Assembly: GCF_004010195.1 (NCBI RefSeq)
Contig: NC_057751.1
Coordinates: 1,527,167 to 1,591,166, forward strand
Length of the DNA: 64,000 nucleotides
Reading direction: 5' to 3'
DNA from: Chiloscyllium plagiosum
Lineage: Eukaryota
Translations under genes and position numbers: made by a program
The notes under the pieces: model-generated
Database searches by the model: none
What the model was told of the DNA's origin: nothing
What the model saw: only the letters and a program-made list of their open reading frames with translations
Shown here: positions 13,101 through 25,100 of the stretch, piece by piece
How positions within the stretch are numbered: position 1 is the first letter of the stretch
Layout: each line of letters opens with the position of its first letter

Positions 13101-16100
13101 TCCCATGTTATCTCCTGGCTGGGAGTGCAGCAGCGACACCCCTCTGTCCTACCACATAAAGCTCCATCATCACAGTCAAATACCATTCACCTTTCACAAA
13201 GCCATGCTGACTTGCACTTACTGCTCAAAGCTTTATGTTTTGTTCTCAGTGTATTATCCATTACATTTTGTTGCAAATGACAGGCAAGCATGTTTTTGAC
13301 GAATAAAGACAATTAATTGCAATTGTCATTTCCAGACAGTGCCACCTTCCTGGGATTGACCATAAGCAGTGAGGATTTGGTGTTGCCTTTGCTGAGCATT
13401 ACACAAAGTGACTTCAGTCTCTCAACACCGTGCACTCTGTACCCATGCTACCTGCAAAGCACGACATTTCTTCAGAGCTAGAGCAAGAATCATTAACAAT
13501 TCACAACTTACATTTACATGGCTCCTTCAACTTGGGTAAGCATCCCAAGCCGTTTCACAGGAACTTCATAACATAAGATAGCTAAAATGGGCCATCAAAT
13601 GTCCTTGGCAAGCAGGGCGAAGGAGAATCACAAGGAATTATAAACGTATGTAAGCAAATGGCAAACAGGGGAAAGGGTAGGTCCACTTTTTGGTGTGGAG
13701 CTAGAGGAAGTGGGTGCAGTTCTCCATGAGTACTTCACATCGGTATTCACCAAGGAGGAAGACATGGATGATGGTAAAATTAGGGAGGGGTTTGTTGATA
13801 TTCAGAAAGTGGTGGTGTTTGGGTGTCTTGAAAAACATGAAAATAGTTAAGTCCTGAGGGCTTCATCGGATCTATCCCAGGCTACTGAAGGAGGCAATGG
13901 AGGAGATGACTGCAGCCTTTACAGAGAGGTCACAGAAGACTGGAGAACAGCTAATGTTGTTCCTTTGTTCAAGGGCAATTATTGGAGAAGATTCTTAGGG
14001 ACAGGATTTACTCACCTTTGGAAAAGAAGGAACTTATTAGGGATTGTCAGCATGGCTTTATGTGGGGAAGTCTTGTCTTAAAAAGTAGATTGAGATGTTT
14101 GAGGTGGTGATAAGGGTAAGAAAGTGGCTATTGCCTACATGGACATCACTGAGGCATTTGACAGTTCCTCATGGAAGGCTGGTCCAGAAGATGAGATCAC
14201 TTGGGATCACGGTGGGTTGGTACATTGGATATAAAATTGGCTTGGTCAGAGAAGACAGAGGGTAGTTGTGGAATGCTGATATTCTCACTGGAGGTTTGTG
14301 ATCAATGGTATTCCACAAGGATCAGTGCTGAGTCCTCTGCTCTTCGTTATAGAAATTATTTGGATGAAAACAGAGGTGGGTCTGATTATTATGTTTGCAG
14401 ATGATAAAAACCAGTGGAGTCATGGACAGTGAGGAAGGTTATCAACGGATACCTCAGGATGACAGATCAGATAGAAAGTTGGGTGAAGAAATGGCAGATG
14501 GAATTTAATCTAGACAAGTGCAACAGAATATATTTTGGGAGGTCAAATGCAAGAGGCAAGTACACAGTAAATGGCAAGACCCTTGGCAACATTAATATAC
14601 AGAGGGATGGTGGAGTTCAAGTCCACACCTCCCTGAAAGTGGCAACACAAGTGGAAGAGGCAACAGAGAAGACATCTTTGCCTTCATCGGTCCAAGCAGT
14701 CAGTTTAACAAGTTGGCAAGTCAGGTTACAATTGTATAAAATGTTAGACAGACCATAGTGAGAGCACTGTGTGCAGTCTGGCTATCAAACTGCAAGAACA
14801 AGGTGGTGGCTTTGGACAGGGTGGAAAAGAATCTCACCAGGATTGGAATTAGTTAGTTAGAACAAGAGGTTGGATAAACTTGGGTTAATTTCACCAGAGT
14901 GCTACAGACTTAAGGGAGGACCTGATAGAAGGTTGTGATACGGTAGATAGTTGAAATGTTTTTCTCAGGGTGAAAATGACAAATACTGGAGGGCAAAGGT
15001 TTAAGGTGAGATTAATGAGGCAAGGGGTTTTATACACCCAGAACGGTAGATGCTTGGAACGTGCTGCCAGGGGAGTTGGTCCAAGCAGATCCAATAGCAA
15101 GGTCAGGCAGGACATATGAACAGCCAGGCTATAGTGTGATTCAGATCATGTGGGGACAGAACAAAAATAGAAATTGCTGGAAAAGCTCAGGCAGCATTTA
15201 TGGAGAGAATTCAGAGTGAACATTTCGGGTTGAGTGACCCTTCTTCAGAGTGATCCGTTCAACCTGAAATATTAACTTTGATTTCTCTCTACAGAGACTG
15301 CCAGACCTACTGAGCTTTTCCAGCAATTTCTGTTTTTGTGTCTGGTTTACAGCATCTACAGTTCTTTCAGTTTTTATTGAGCTCAGAATGGTTGATGCAG
15401 ACACGGTGGGTGAAGGGTCTGTTCCTGATCTGTACTGTTCTAAGTGACAGTGAAGCACTCAGCAGAAAATATTTCACAAAACATTGGCCCAAAGGACAGC
15501 TTTTAAGGAGTGTCTTGAAGAGGAATAAAAAACACACAAAGGTTTAAAGAGGGGATTCCAGAGTTTAGGGCATTGGGAGCTGAAAGCAAGGCTGTCATTG
15601 ATGGAACAATTCACATCAGAGAAGACCAAGAGTGGATAAAAGCAGGAGCACAGATATCTCAGAAGGTATTTGGGCTGGAAGAGATGACAGAAATATGGTA
15701 ACTATGAGGCGATGGGAGGTAGCTCAGTTCTGACAGGATCACAGCTTGTGAGATTTCTGAATTCCTGCCAGGGTTTACCTGTTGAATCATTTCAGGATGC
15801 TGCTGCATGATGTGTAGGAAGCGATCACTCTCCTGGGATAACGGTGTTGTTCGTTTCTTTGTACTACGGGACAGCTGCTTGAAGAGGTACGTTACAATGT
15901 GGTCCAGACTTGAGCAGCAACCGGTACACACCATGGTGTCTGAAAACAAACCAACCGTGAACATTATCAACTCTCTTCCTTTGGCCTCAGGTCTTCTGTG
16001 CTAGCCTTTCATTTTACAAGATCATGGTTGACACTGCATGATGGGCTTGTTCCCTGTCTCGTGTGAACATTGTGCAGTGAAATGGTCACAGGGAAAGACT

Positions 16101-19100
16101 TGGAAACCCTGGGCCAACCAAATGTCAGGGAACGCTTCTCAAGTCCCAGAAAAAGCAGAGCACCATGTCTGGCACTGGGAGTTGATTGAAAGGTGACATA
16201 CTGACACATCAGGCTGCCCTAGGGCTGCATTTCTGCTATTCTGACAGGGTTATCTGCCTTACCTTTTAACTTGCCCAAGCCATCCACAAGGTAGTGGAGC
16301 TGTGGGCCCAGAGCTGGGAGTTTGGTTTGAGTGTGTAAGCGATGGCCTGAACACTGCCTACTGAACAGTAAACCTTCTCCAAGATGCCCTGAAGCTTTGG
16401 CCGGGGAGTAGTGAGTGAGGGACCAAGTGTCCATGTCATTTCGAAATGAAACAAGGGACGACTTGCCAGAGGATAGATTTGATTAACAGTGGGAAACATG
16501 TCCATTTGGTTCTCTGTCGGACAATGCTGCTGGCCAATGGCCACTGGAAAATGAGAAGCAAACTAACATACAAAAGGAGAAAGTGAGGACTGCAGATGCT
16601 GGAGATCAGAGCTTAAAAATGTGATGCTGGAAAAGCGCAGCAGGTCAGGCAGCATCAAAGGAACAGGAGAATCGACGTTTCGGGCATAAGCCCTTCTTCA
16701 GGATTCCTGAAGGGCTTATGCCCGAAACATCGATTCTCCTGTTCCTTTGATGCTGCCTGACCTGCTGTGCTTTTCCAGCAACACATTTTTAAGCGCTAAC
16801 ATACAAAAGGGCTAATTTTCCTCACTCACACACACAGTACTCTGAATTGACTTAGTGGCCACACGCCTCACTCCTTCAGGTCCTACATCCAGTATGGTGA
16901 GCTGTGACTCAGTGGCATGAGCTCTTGCATTCCTGAATCAGGGAGGGTTGTACTTCAGAGACTGCAGCACACAGTTCAAGTCAACACTCCGCCTCGGACT
17001 GAGCCTCTGACTTTCAGATGTGCTATGACGCATGTGCCGTATCACAAGTGAAAGGGCAACAGAACTCTTCCAGGTAAATTGGCTAACATTTCTCAGACTA
17101 ACAACATAACCACAAACAGGCTGTCTATCAGGTCATTAGCACATGGTTTATCAAGTCCACGTTCTCATGAATTCATGCTTATCTGAACATGTCAGCAATA
17201 TACTTAACTGATGTGATTCAGCAAATTATGACAGAAAAGTGCTGAAAGCCCTTCCCAACTTCCAGGCCCACAATACTCCGAGGCAAACGCGCAGGTTTGC
17301 AACGTGAGCACAGGCTGGATTATGTTGCCTGGGCTTCTACAGAGTTTACCCAAGTATCAGGAGCTGGAAAGGGGACAAGTCCCAATGTAGCAACTGTCAA
17401 ACTTTCTGAACAGAGGTATCCACAGTGAGAGGTGGGGCAATAGTGCCTGTACAACCATGAACCTAACTACGAACAGATCGCACCCATTTGGCTGATAGAC
17501 CTCAACATAAATTCCTGAGAGAGAGTTCGTAAAGTTTGATTAAAGCTTAATTTTTTTGCCATCTGAATGACAAGTGACTTACCCAGTGCGGTAAGACCTT
17601 CTGAAATGGAGGACAGAATGTACATGATAACATGAGGTTCCAGGCTGGCAATAAAATTCATGTGGTCCTGGGTAAGAACTTCTAACAAGGAGTAATAGGA
17701 CTGACTGAGCTTGGGGTAATCCTGGGGGGAGGAAAATGAGAAAACAATGGAATATTAAATTGCAGAAAGCAAAGAGGAAGAGTTTGGAGAGAGCTTCAAA
17801 CAAGGACAATTGTTGGAACACAGAAAACTGGATAAGGATGTGAAGCTCAGAACAAACCAGCAGGTTAGAAACCTTAACCATCATGAGAAGGGAAACAGCA
17901 GATATCAGCACCCATGTGTCATTCATTAAACCAATTCATCACAAAACAAAATGCAAGCTTCCATGACAGTTTCAACTTTGTGCCATCTCGTCTTTGCAAA
18001 CAAAAAGAGACAATGGTAATTCGAAGTTTTGGTCCATGGATTCTCACAAAAATGTTCCAGGCTTCCCATCTGGCTCAGGATCAGTGACTGGATGTCAGAT
18101 TCTGAGGCACCCAGCTGTGGGCTGGGAGATGCGGGGGATTTGTCCATGGGTGGAAAGTAACATCAGTCAAGGGGGTGGCACAATGTTACAACAGGAACAT
18201 GGAACAGTAAGAACAAAGAAGATGGTAAAAGAGGGGGAGGTGTGGCATTGTTAGTCAAGGACAGTATTACAGTGGCAGAAAGGACATTTGAGGACTCATC
18301 TACTGAGGTAGTATGAGCTGAGGTTAGGGAGAGGTCACCATGTTGGGAGCTTTCTATAGGCCTCTGAATAGTTCCAGAGATGCAGAGGATAGCAAAGCTA
18401 ACTGTGGTTAGGAGCAAGAATGACAGGGTAGTTGTCATGGGAGTCTTTAACTTTCCAAATATTGAGTGGGAATACTATAGTTCAAGTACTAGTTTCTATT
18501 CAGTGTGTGCAGGAGGGTTTCCTGACACAGTGTGTAGACAGGCCAACAAGAGGCAAGGTCACATTGGATTTGGTACTGGGTAATGAACCTGGCCAGGTAT
18601 TAGTTTTGGAGGTAGGAGAGCACTTTGGTGATAGCAACTACAATTCAGTTGTGCTTACTTTAGCAATGGAAAAGGATACGAAGACTTGCAGCTGGGGGCA
18701 AGACAATTACGATGCAATTAGGTAAGGTGTAGAAAGCATAGGATGGGGAAGGAAGGTGCAGGGGATGGGCAAATTGGAAATGTGGAGCTTATTCAAGGAA
18801 TAGCTACTACGTGTCCTTGATCAGTGTCTACCTATCAGGCAGGGAGGAAGTGGTCGAGTGAGGGAGCAGTGATTTACTAAAGAAATTGAATCTCTTGTCA
18901 GGAGGAAGAAGGAGGCTTATGTAAGGAGGAGATGTGAATGCTCAGTTAGGGTGTTTGAGAGTTACGGGTTAACCAGAAAAGACCGAAAGAGAGAGCTAAC
19001 AAGAGCCAGGAAGGGACATGAGAAGTCGTTAGCGGATAGGATCAAGGAAAACCCTAAGGCTTTCTACAGGTATATCAGGAATAAAAGAATGACTAGAATA

Positions 19101-22100
19101 AATTTCGGGCCAATTAAGGATAGTAGTGGGAAGTTGTGGGTGCAATCAGAAGAGTTGGGGAAGCACTAAATGAATATTTTTTGTCAGTATTTACATTAGA
19201 AAAAGACAATGTTGTCAAGGAGAATGCTGAGATACAGGCAACTAGACAAGATGGGATTGAGCTGAAAATGTGTTGCTGGAAAAGCGCAGCAGGTCAGGCA
19301 GCATCCAAGGAACAGGAGAATCGACGTTTCGGGCATAAGCCCTTCTTCAGGAATGAGGAAAGTGTGTCCAGCAGGCTAAGATAAAAGGTAGGGAGGAGGG
19401 ACTTGGGGGAGGGGCGTAGGAAATGCAATAGTGNNNNNNNNNNNNNNNNNNNNNNNNNNNNNNNNNNNNNNNNNNNNNNNNNNNNNNNNNNNNNNNNNNN
19501 NNNNNNNNNNNNNNNNNNNNNNNNNNNNNNNNNNNNNNNNNNNNNNNNNNNNNNNNNNNNNNNNNNNNNNNNNNNNNNNNNNNNNNNNNNNNNNNNNNNN
19601 NNNNNNNNNNNNNNNNNNNNNNNNNNNNNNNNNNNNNNNNNNNNNNNNNNNNNNNNNNNNNNNNNNNNNNNNNNNNNNNNNNNNNNNNNNNNNNNNNNNN
19701 NNNNNNNNNNNNNNNNNNNNNNNNNNNNNNNNNNNNNNNNNNNNNNNNNNNNNNNNNNNNNNNNNNNNNNNNNNNNNNNNNNNNNNNNNNNNNNNNNNNN
19801 NNNNNNNNNNNNNNNNNNNNNNNNNNNNNNNNNNNNNNNNNNNNNNNNNNNNNNNNNNNNNNNNNNNNNNNNNNNNNNNNNNNNNNNNNNNNNNNNNNNN
19901 NNNNNNNNNNNNNNNNNNNNNNNNNNNNNNNNNNNNNNNNNNNNNNNNNNNNNNNNNNNNNNNNNNNNNNNNNNNNNNNNNNNNNNNNNNNNNNNNNNNN
20001 NNNNNNNNNNNNNNNNNNNNNNNNNNNNNNNNNNNNNNNNNNNNNNNNNNNNNNNNNNNNNNNNNNNNNNNNNNNNNNNNNNNNNNNNNNNNNNNNNNNN
20101 NNNNNNNNNNNNNNNNNNNNNNNNNNNNNNNNNNNNNNNNNNNNNNNNNNNNNNNNNNNNNNNNNNNNNNNNNNNNNNNNNNNNNNNNNNNNNNNNNNNN
20201 NNNNNNNNNNNNNNNNNNNNNNNNNNNNNNNNNNNNNNNNNNNNNNNNNNNNNNNNNNNNNNNNNNNNNNNNNNNNNNNNNNNNNNNAACCTCCTCATGG
20301 GAGCACGAGGCAGCGCCGATTCAGTCATCGATGTAGCGGAGGAAAAGGTGGGGGGTGGTGCCAGTGTAGTTGCGGAAGATGGACTGTTCCACATATCCTA
20401 TGAAGAGGCAGGCATAGCTGGGGCCCATGCGGATGCCTCCTTTGGTTTGGAGGAAGTGGGAAGATTGGAATGAGAAGTTGTTCAGGGTGAGGACCAGTTC
20501 AGTCAGTCGAAGGAGGGTGTCGGTGGAAGGGTACTGGTTGGTACGGCGGGAAAGGAAGAAGCGGAGGGCTTTAAGTCCTTCGTGATGGGGGATGGAGGTG
20601 TATAGGGACTGGATGTCCATGGTGAAGATAAGACGTTGGGGACCGGGGAAGCGAAAATCATGGAGGTGGAGGGCGTGGGTGGTGTCCCGAACGTAGGTGG
20701 GATTGAGGTTCACAAGGAGGAGGTGTGAGCAATTCTGGAAAGTGTGGAAAAAAAAGGTAAGTCCCCTGGGCCAGATGGCATCTATCCTCGGATTCTCTGG
20801 GAAGCCAGGGCGGTAATTGCAGACCCTTTGGCTTTGACCTTTATGTCAATGTCTACAGGAATAGTGCCAGAAGATTGGAGGATAGCAAATGTCCCCTTGT
20901 CCAAGAAGGGGAGTAGGGACAACCCTGGTAATTATAGACCAATGAGCTTACTTCGGTTGTGGGTCAAATGTTGGAACAAGTTATGAGAGAGCGGATCTAT
21001 AATCATCGAGAAAGGGATAAGTTGATTAGAGATAGTCAACACGGTTTTGTGAAAGGTAGGTCGTGCCTCACAAACCTTATTGAGTGCTTTGAGAAGGTGA
21101 TCAAACAGTGTGGATGAGGGTAAAGCAGTTGACGTGGTGTACTTAGATTTCAGTTAGATTCCCCACTGTAGGCTATTGCAGAAAATGGCATTGGGAGTGA
21201 TGTAGCGGTTTGGATCGGAAATTTGCTAGCTGAAAGAAGACAGAGGGTGGTGGTTGGTGGGAAATGTTCACACTGGAGTTCAATTACTATTGGGGTACCA
21301 CAAGGATCAGTTTTGGGGCCAGTACTGTTTGCCATTTTTATAAATGACCTAGATGAGGGCATAGAAGGATGGGTTAGTAAATTCGTGGATGACACTAAGG
21401 TAGGTAGGGTTATGGTTCGTGCCGAAGGATGTTGTAAGTTACAGAGGGACATAGATAAGCTGCAGAGCTGGGCTGAGAGGTGGCAAATGGAGTTTAATGC
21501 AGAAAAGTGAGAGGTGATTCACTTTGGTCGGAGTAACTGGAATGTAGACTACTGGGCTAATGGTAAGATTCTTGGTAGTGTAAGTGGGCAGAGAGATCTC
21601 TGAGTCCACATACATAGATCCCTGAAGGTGCCACCCAGGTTGATAGGGTTGTTAAGAAGGCAAGCGGTGCTATAGCAGAGGGATTGAGTTTCGGAACAAT
21701 GGGATCATGCTGTAGCTGTACAAAACTCTGGTGCGGCCACACTTGGTGTATTGTGTACAGTTCTGGTCACCACATTATAGGAAGGATGTGGAAGCTTTGG
21801 AAAGGGTGCAGAGGAGATTTACTAGGATGTTGCCTGGTATGGAGGGAAGGTCTTATGAGGAAAGGCTGAGGGACTTGAGGCTGCTTTCATTGGGCGGAAG
21901 GAGGTTGAGAGGTGACCTAATTGAGACATATAAGATAATCAGAGGATTAGATAGGGTGTCCAGTGAGAGCCTTTTTACTCGGATGGTGATGGCTAGCACG
22001 AGGGGACACAGCTTTAAATTGAGGGGTGATAGATATAGGATGGATGTCAGAGGTAGTTTCTTTACACAGAGAGTAGTCGGGGTGTGGAACGCACTGCCTG

Positions 22101-25100
22101 CAACAGCAGTAGACTCGCCAACTTTAAGGGAATTTAAATGGTCATTGGATAGGCATATGGACAAGAATGGAATAATGTATGTTAGATGGGTTTCAGATTG
22201 GTTTCACAGGTCAGCGCAACATCGAGGGCTAAAGGGCCTGTATTGCGTTGACATGTTCCATTTTCTAGGACACAGGAAGAGACCTGAAGATGATTGTACA
22301 AAAGAATTGGACCGATAACAGACCGATGGGTCATGGACAATCTAATCTAATCGATTAGGTTGCAGGGATTAGTCAAGCCAGCACAAAAACAGAGGCTGCG
22401 CAATAACTTTCACATACAACTAAGAGTCACGCAGTTACCAGTCACTCTCAGTGGGATCCACTGAGTAATCTGCATGGGCTGCACACAGAAAACAAGTCAG
22501 ACCAATGAACACCGAATGCCCTGATTTCAACTGTATTCTTTCAACAAAATCAATCCCCAAAACACAGGTGCTCTGAGGGCAAGGAGAACTTACCAGAAGG
22601 TCACTGTGAGGGATCGATAGGAGGAGTTTAATGAATGTTTGCAAAGCATTGTCAAGGGCATCGTCTCCATAAAGACGGAAGACTCCAAAGTTGACGTAGT
22701 TGCCACTGAGAGCTGCTTTCAACATGGAGAAGCAAATGGAAATTCCTTTCAATTTCAGTCCGTAAACCTGGTCCTTTGGCACCTCTCCCAAGGTGAGGAT
22801 ACGATTACCTGTGTGAGTAACACAAAAAGACTGCAGCTGTTGATAAGCCTACATTACATCTTCAAATGGATCAAAAACATTATGACAGGAAAAGACAACA
22901 CAGCATTTCCTCACATAAAAACCAATAGAGAGTCTTTCACAGCAATGAACATTTATCTGAGTGAATACATGTGTTAGTACTATCACCCTCCATGCAACAT
23001 GGCCATAATTAATCACGTGCAAAATGGCTCAATTCAAACCGACAGCAATTCGTACCACTGGTGCACAGATGAAAACTTTCGAGTTACGAAAGACAAAACC
23101 CACACAAAATCAAAATGATCAACACGCCCATCCCCACGTTACTGCATTTCATTGATGGGTCTACTTTTCATGATCTTGCTCCTGACCCTCAAGAATATGA
23201 GCTATAAATGCTTTGGAATTGGGAATTTGAACTAGTACCACGAGGGTTTGGTCTGTGTGCATGAAGAGATTTAATTATCAACGTGTCTGTCCGACTTGAA
23301 ACCAGTCAGTGTCAGGGAGCAGCTGACTGGGGGCCCTCCTGGAATAACGATGAGAATTTATTCATGTGGCGGGAGTTTTACAATCAGAGGGAATAAACAT
23401 TCAAAGGCCATTTGCTTGTTTTGGTTTTGGAGGATCAAGAATGAATCCTTTCTGTTTCAAGACCTGGTTGGGTTTAAATGTAAGAATGGTTTCGACCAGA
23501 GAAAGAAGTTAGCTCAAACTGAGTATAACTAGTTTCCTAACTGTTCGAAGTGTTTTAGTTTAACAATTCCTGACTAAACGTATGCAATTAGAACTGTGAA
23601 ATGGTTATTGGAAAGTTTAACATCACTTGTGTGAATAATCAAGGAAAAGACTATCAAGGTCAGGGATCAAAAGATAGTTACCTCAAACTGATCAATGTGA
23701 TTGAGAACGAAACACTCTCTGATATCTGAGAACTGGAAAGTGAGAGCATTGGCAACAGGTGGAACTGCATCTTGCTGTGTTTTGAAATCTTTCAAATTAG
23801 AATCTATGTAAATAGTTTGGTGTGTTCTATTTGATCTTCATTTCTGTGGTGTGCGAACTTTCTTTTCATGTTAAAACCCCATCTGCAGCATCGTGTGGTC
23901 ATGTTTCACCAGAGGCCCACCAGATTGAATAAAACAGAACTCCATGAAGTCAGACTTCAGTCTGGAATCTGACTTGCCCAGCAGTAACATCAGCTGGGAT
24001 CAACATACCAGTAATAAGCCATGCCCCTGCAAGTCAGGTATGGTAGCATCCAAAAAAGTTGTCAAGGATGAATTCATTTGTTATCATCCAGTTGAATTTG
24101 ATGCTCAGGTTCCAGAGGCAAGGCAAGAGAAAGTGGGCGCAAGAGGGTGAGCCTTGAGAAGGAAACAGATCTTCAACAGCAAGGGGAGGAGAGACCGAGC
24201 AGAAGCTTATCCCATCTGCCACATGGGGAGACAATGCACTGTGGCAATGTCACATGATTTGTAACCCAGAGGGCTAAGCTCATGATCTGGGGAAGGTGGC
24301 GAGATGCCACCTTAGCACAGAATGCAAATGCTGTTGACTACCAAATTACATTGAAAGCTAGTCTCAGTTACAGTGGCCGTCAATCTTTGACTCAAATGAC
24401 CATAATTGATCATTGCCAGTCTGGCCTTGATGGGACTCCGGATCAACAATGCAGTTGTCTCCTCAGTGCACTCTGAAACAGTCTGGCAAGCTACTCTGTT
24501 GTGATTTGGAAAGGACAACAAATGCTGACCCATGTCCCCTGAAAGGCCAAAAAAAGATGGGGCTATCAAAGTTGTGTTGAGCAGTTCTCACTGAGGTTCT
24601 TTTGGAGCTGGAGCAGGGTGCAGAGGTGAGCAATAGGAAGGGTAGGGGACCAGGAAAGCTGCTCGAACACCATCACGTTGTTCGGAAATGCAGCGACACT
24701 GAATCACACTGACCGTAGGTTGTAATCATTTTACTGGTCTCTCGAAACAGAAGGATCCCATTCGGAGAAGACACATCAAACTGCAGCCGCTGTGACCTGC
24801 AAATAGGATCAAACAGTGACAGGGTTGTAACATTACAATGCCTGGAAACAAACCTGATCATGGGGTCAGAAAGCAAACATTTCAAGCACAGCATTCTGCT
24901 GAACATGCAGTCAGATCTCATTCCAAACAATCCCAGCAACTTAACAACATTCTCTCTCTGACACCATGATACCACAGGTACACACCACTGCAATGCCAGG
25001 ATGAAAGAGTTACTTGCCCTATATTGCTGATAGAGAGAGATCTCACAGACGGCTACTACAGGGACAGTCAGTATTTTACCTGTTGTGAACGAGTTCAGCC

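Larger units (their letters stand above)
18130..22265 (+). mobile_element. Long CR1-clade (HER1-like) LINE with endonuclease and RT, disrupted and interrupted by a PLE
   Basis: Endonuclease-region motifs ([27 protein letters not shown]), RT motifs ([26 protein letters not shown]) and C-terminus [13 protein letters not shown]. Confidence 0.92.

Noticed and set aside
16611..16794. miRNA precursor or CRISPR-like repeat
   Set aside because: The hairpin is a dispersed TSD-flanked repeat with no spacer array, and this is eukaryotic DNA.
19294..20473. ORFs of 300-366 aa in the ORF track
   Set aside because: Artefacts of translating through the N gap.
21731..22318. 195-aa ORF as a host gene
   Set aside because: It is the C-terminus of CR1 ORF2 from a disrupted LINE.
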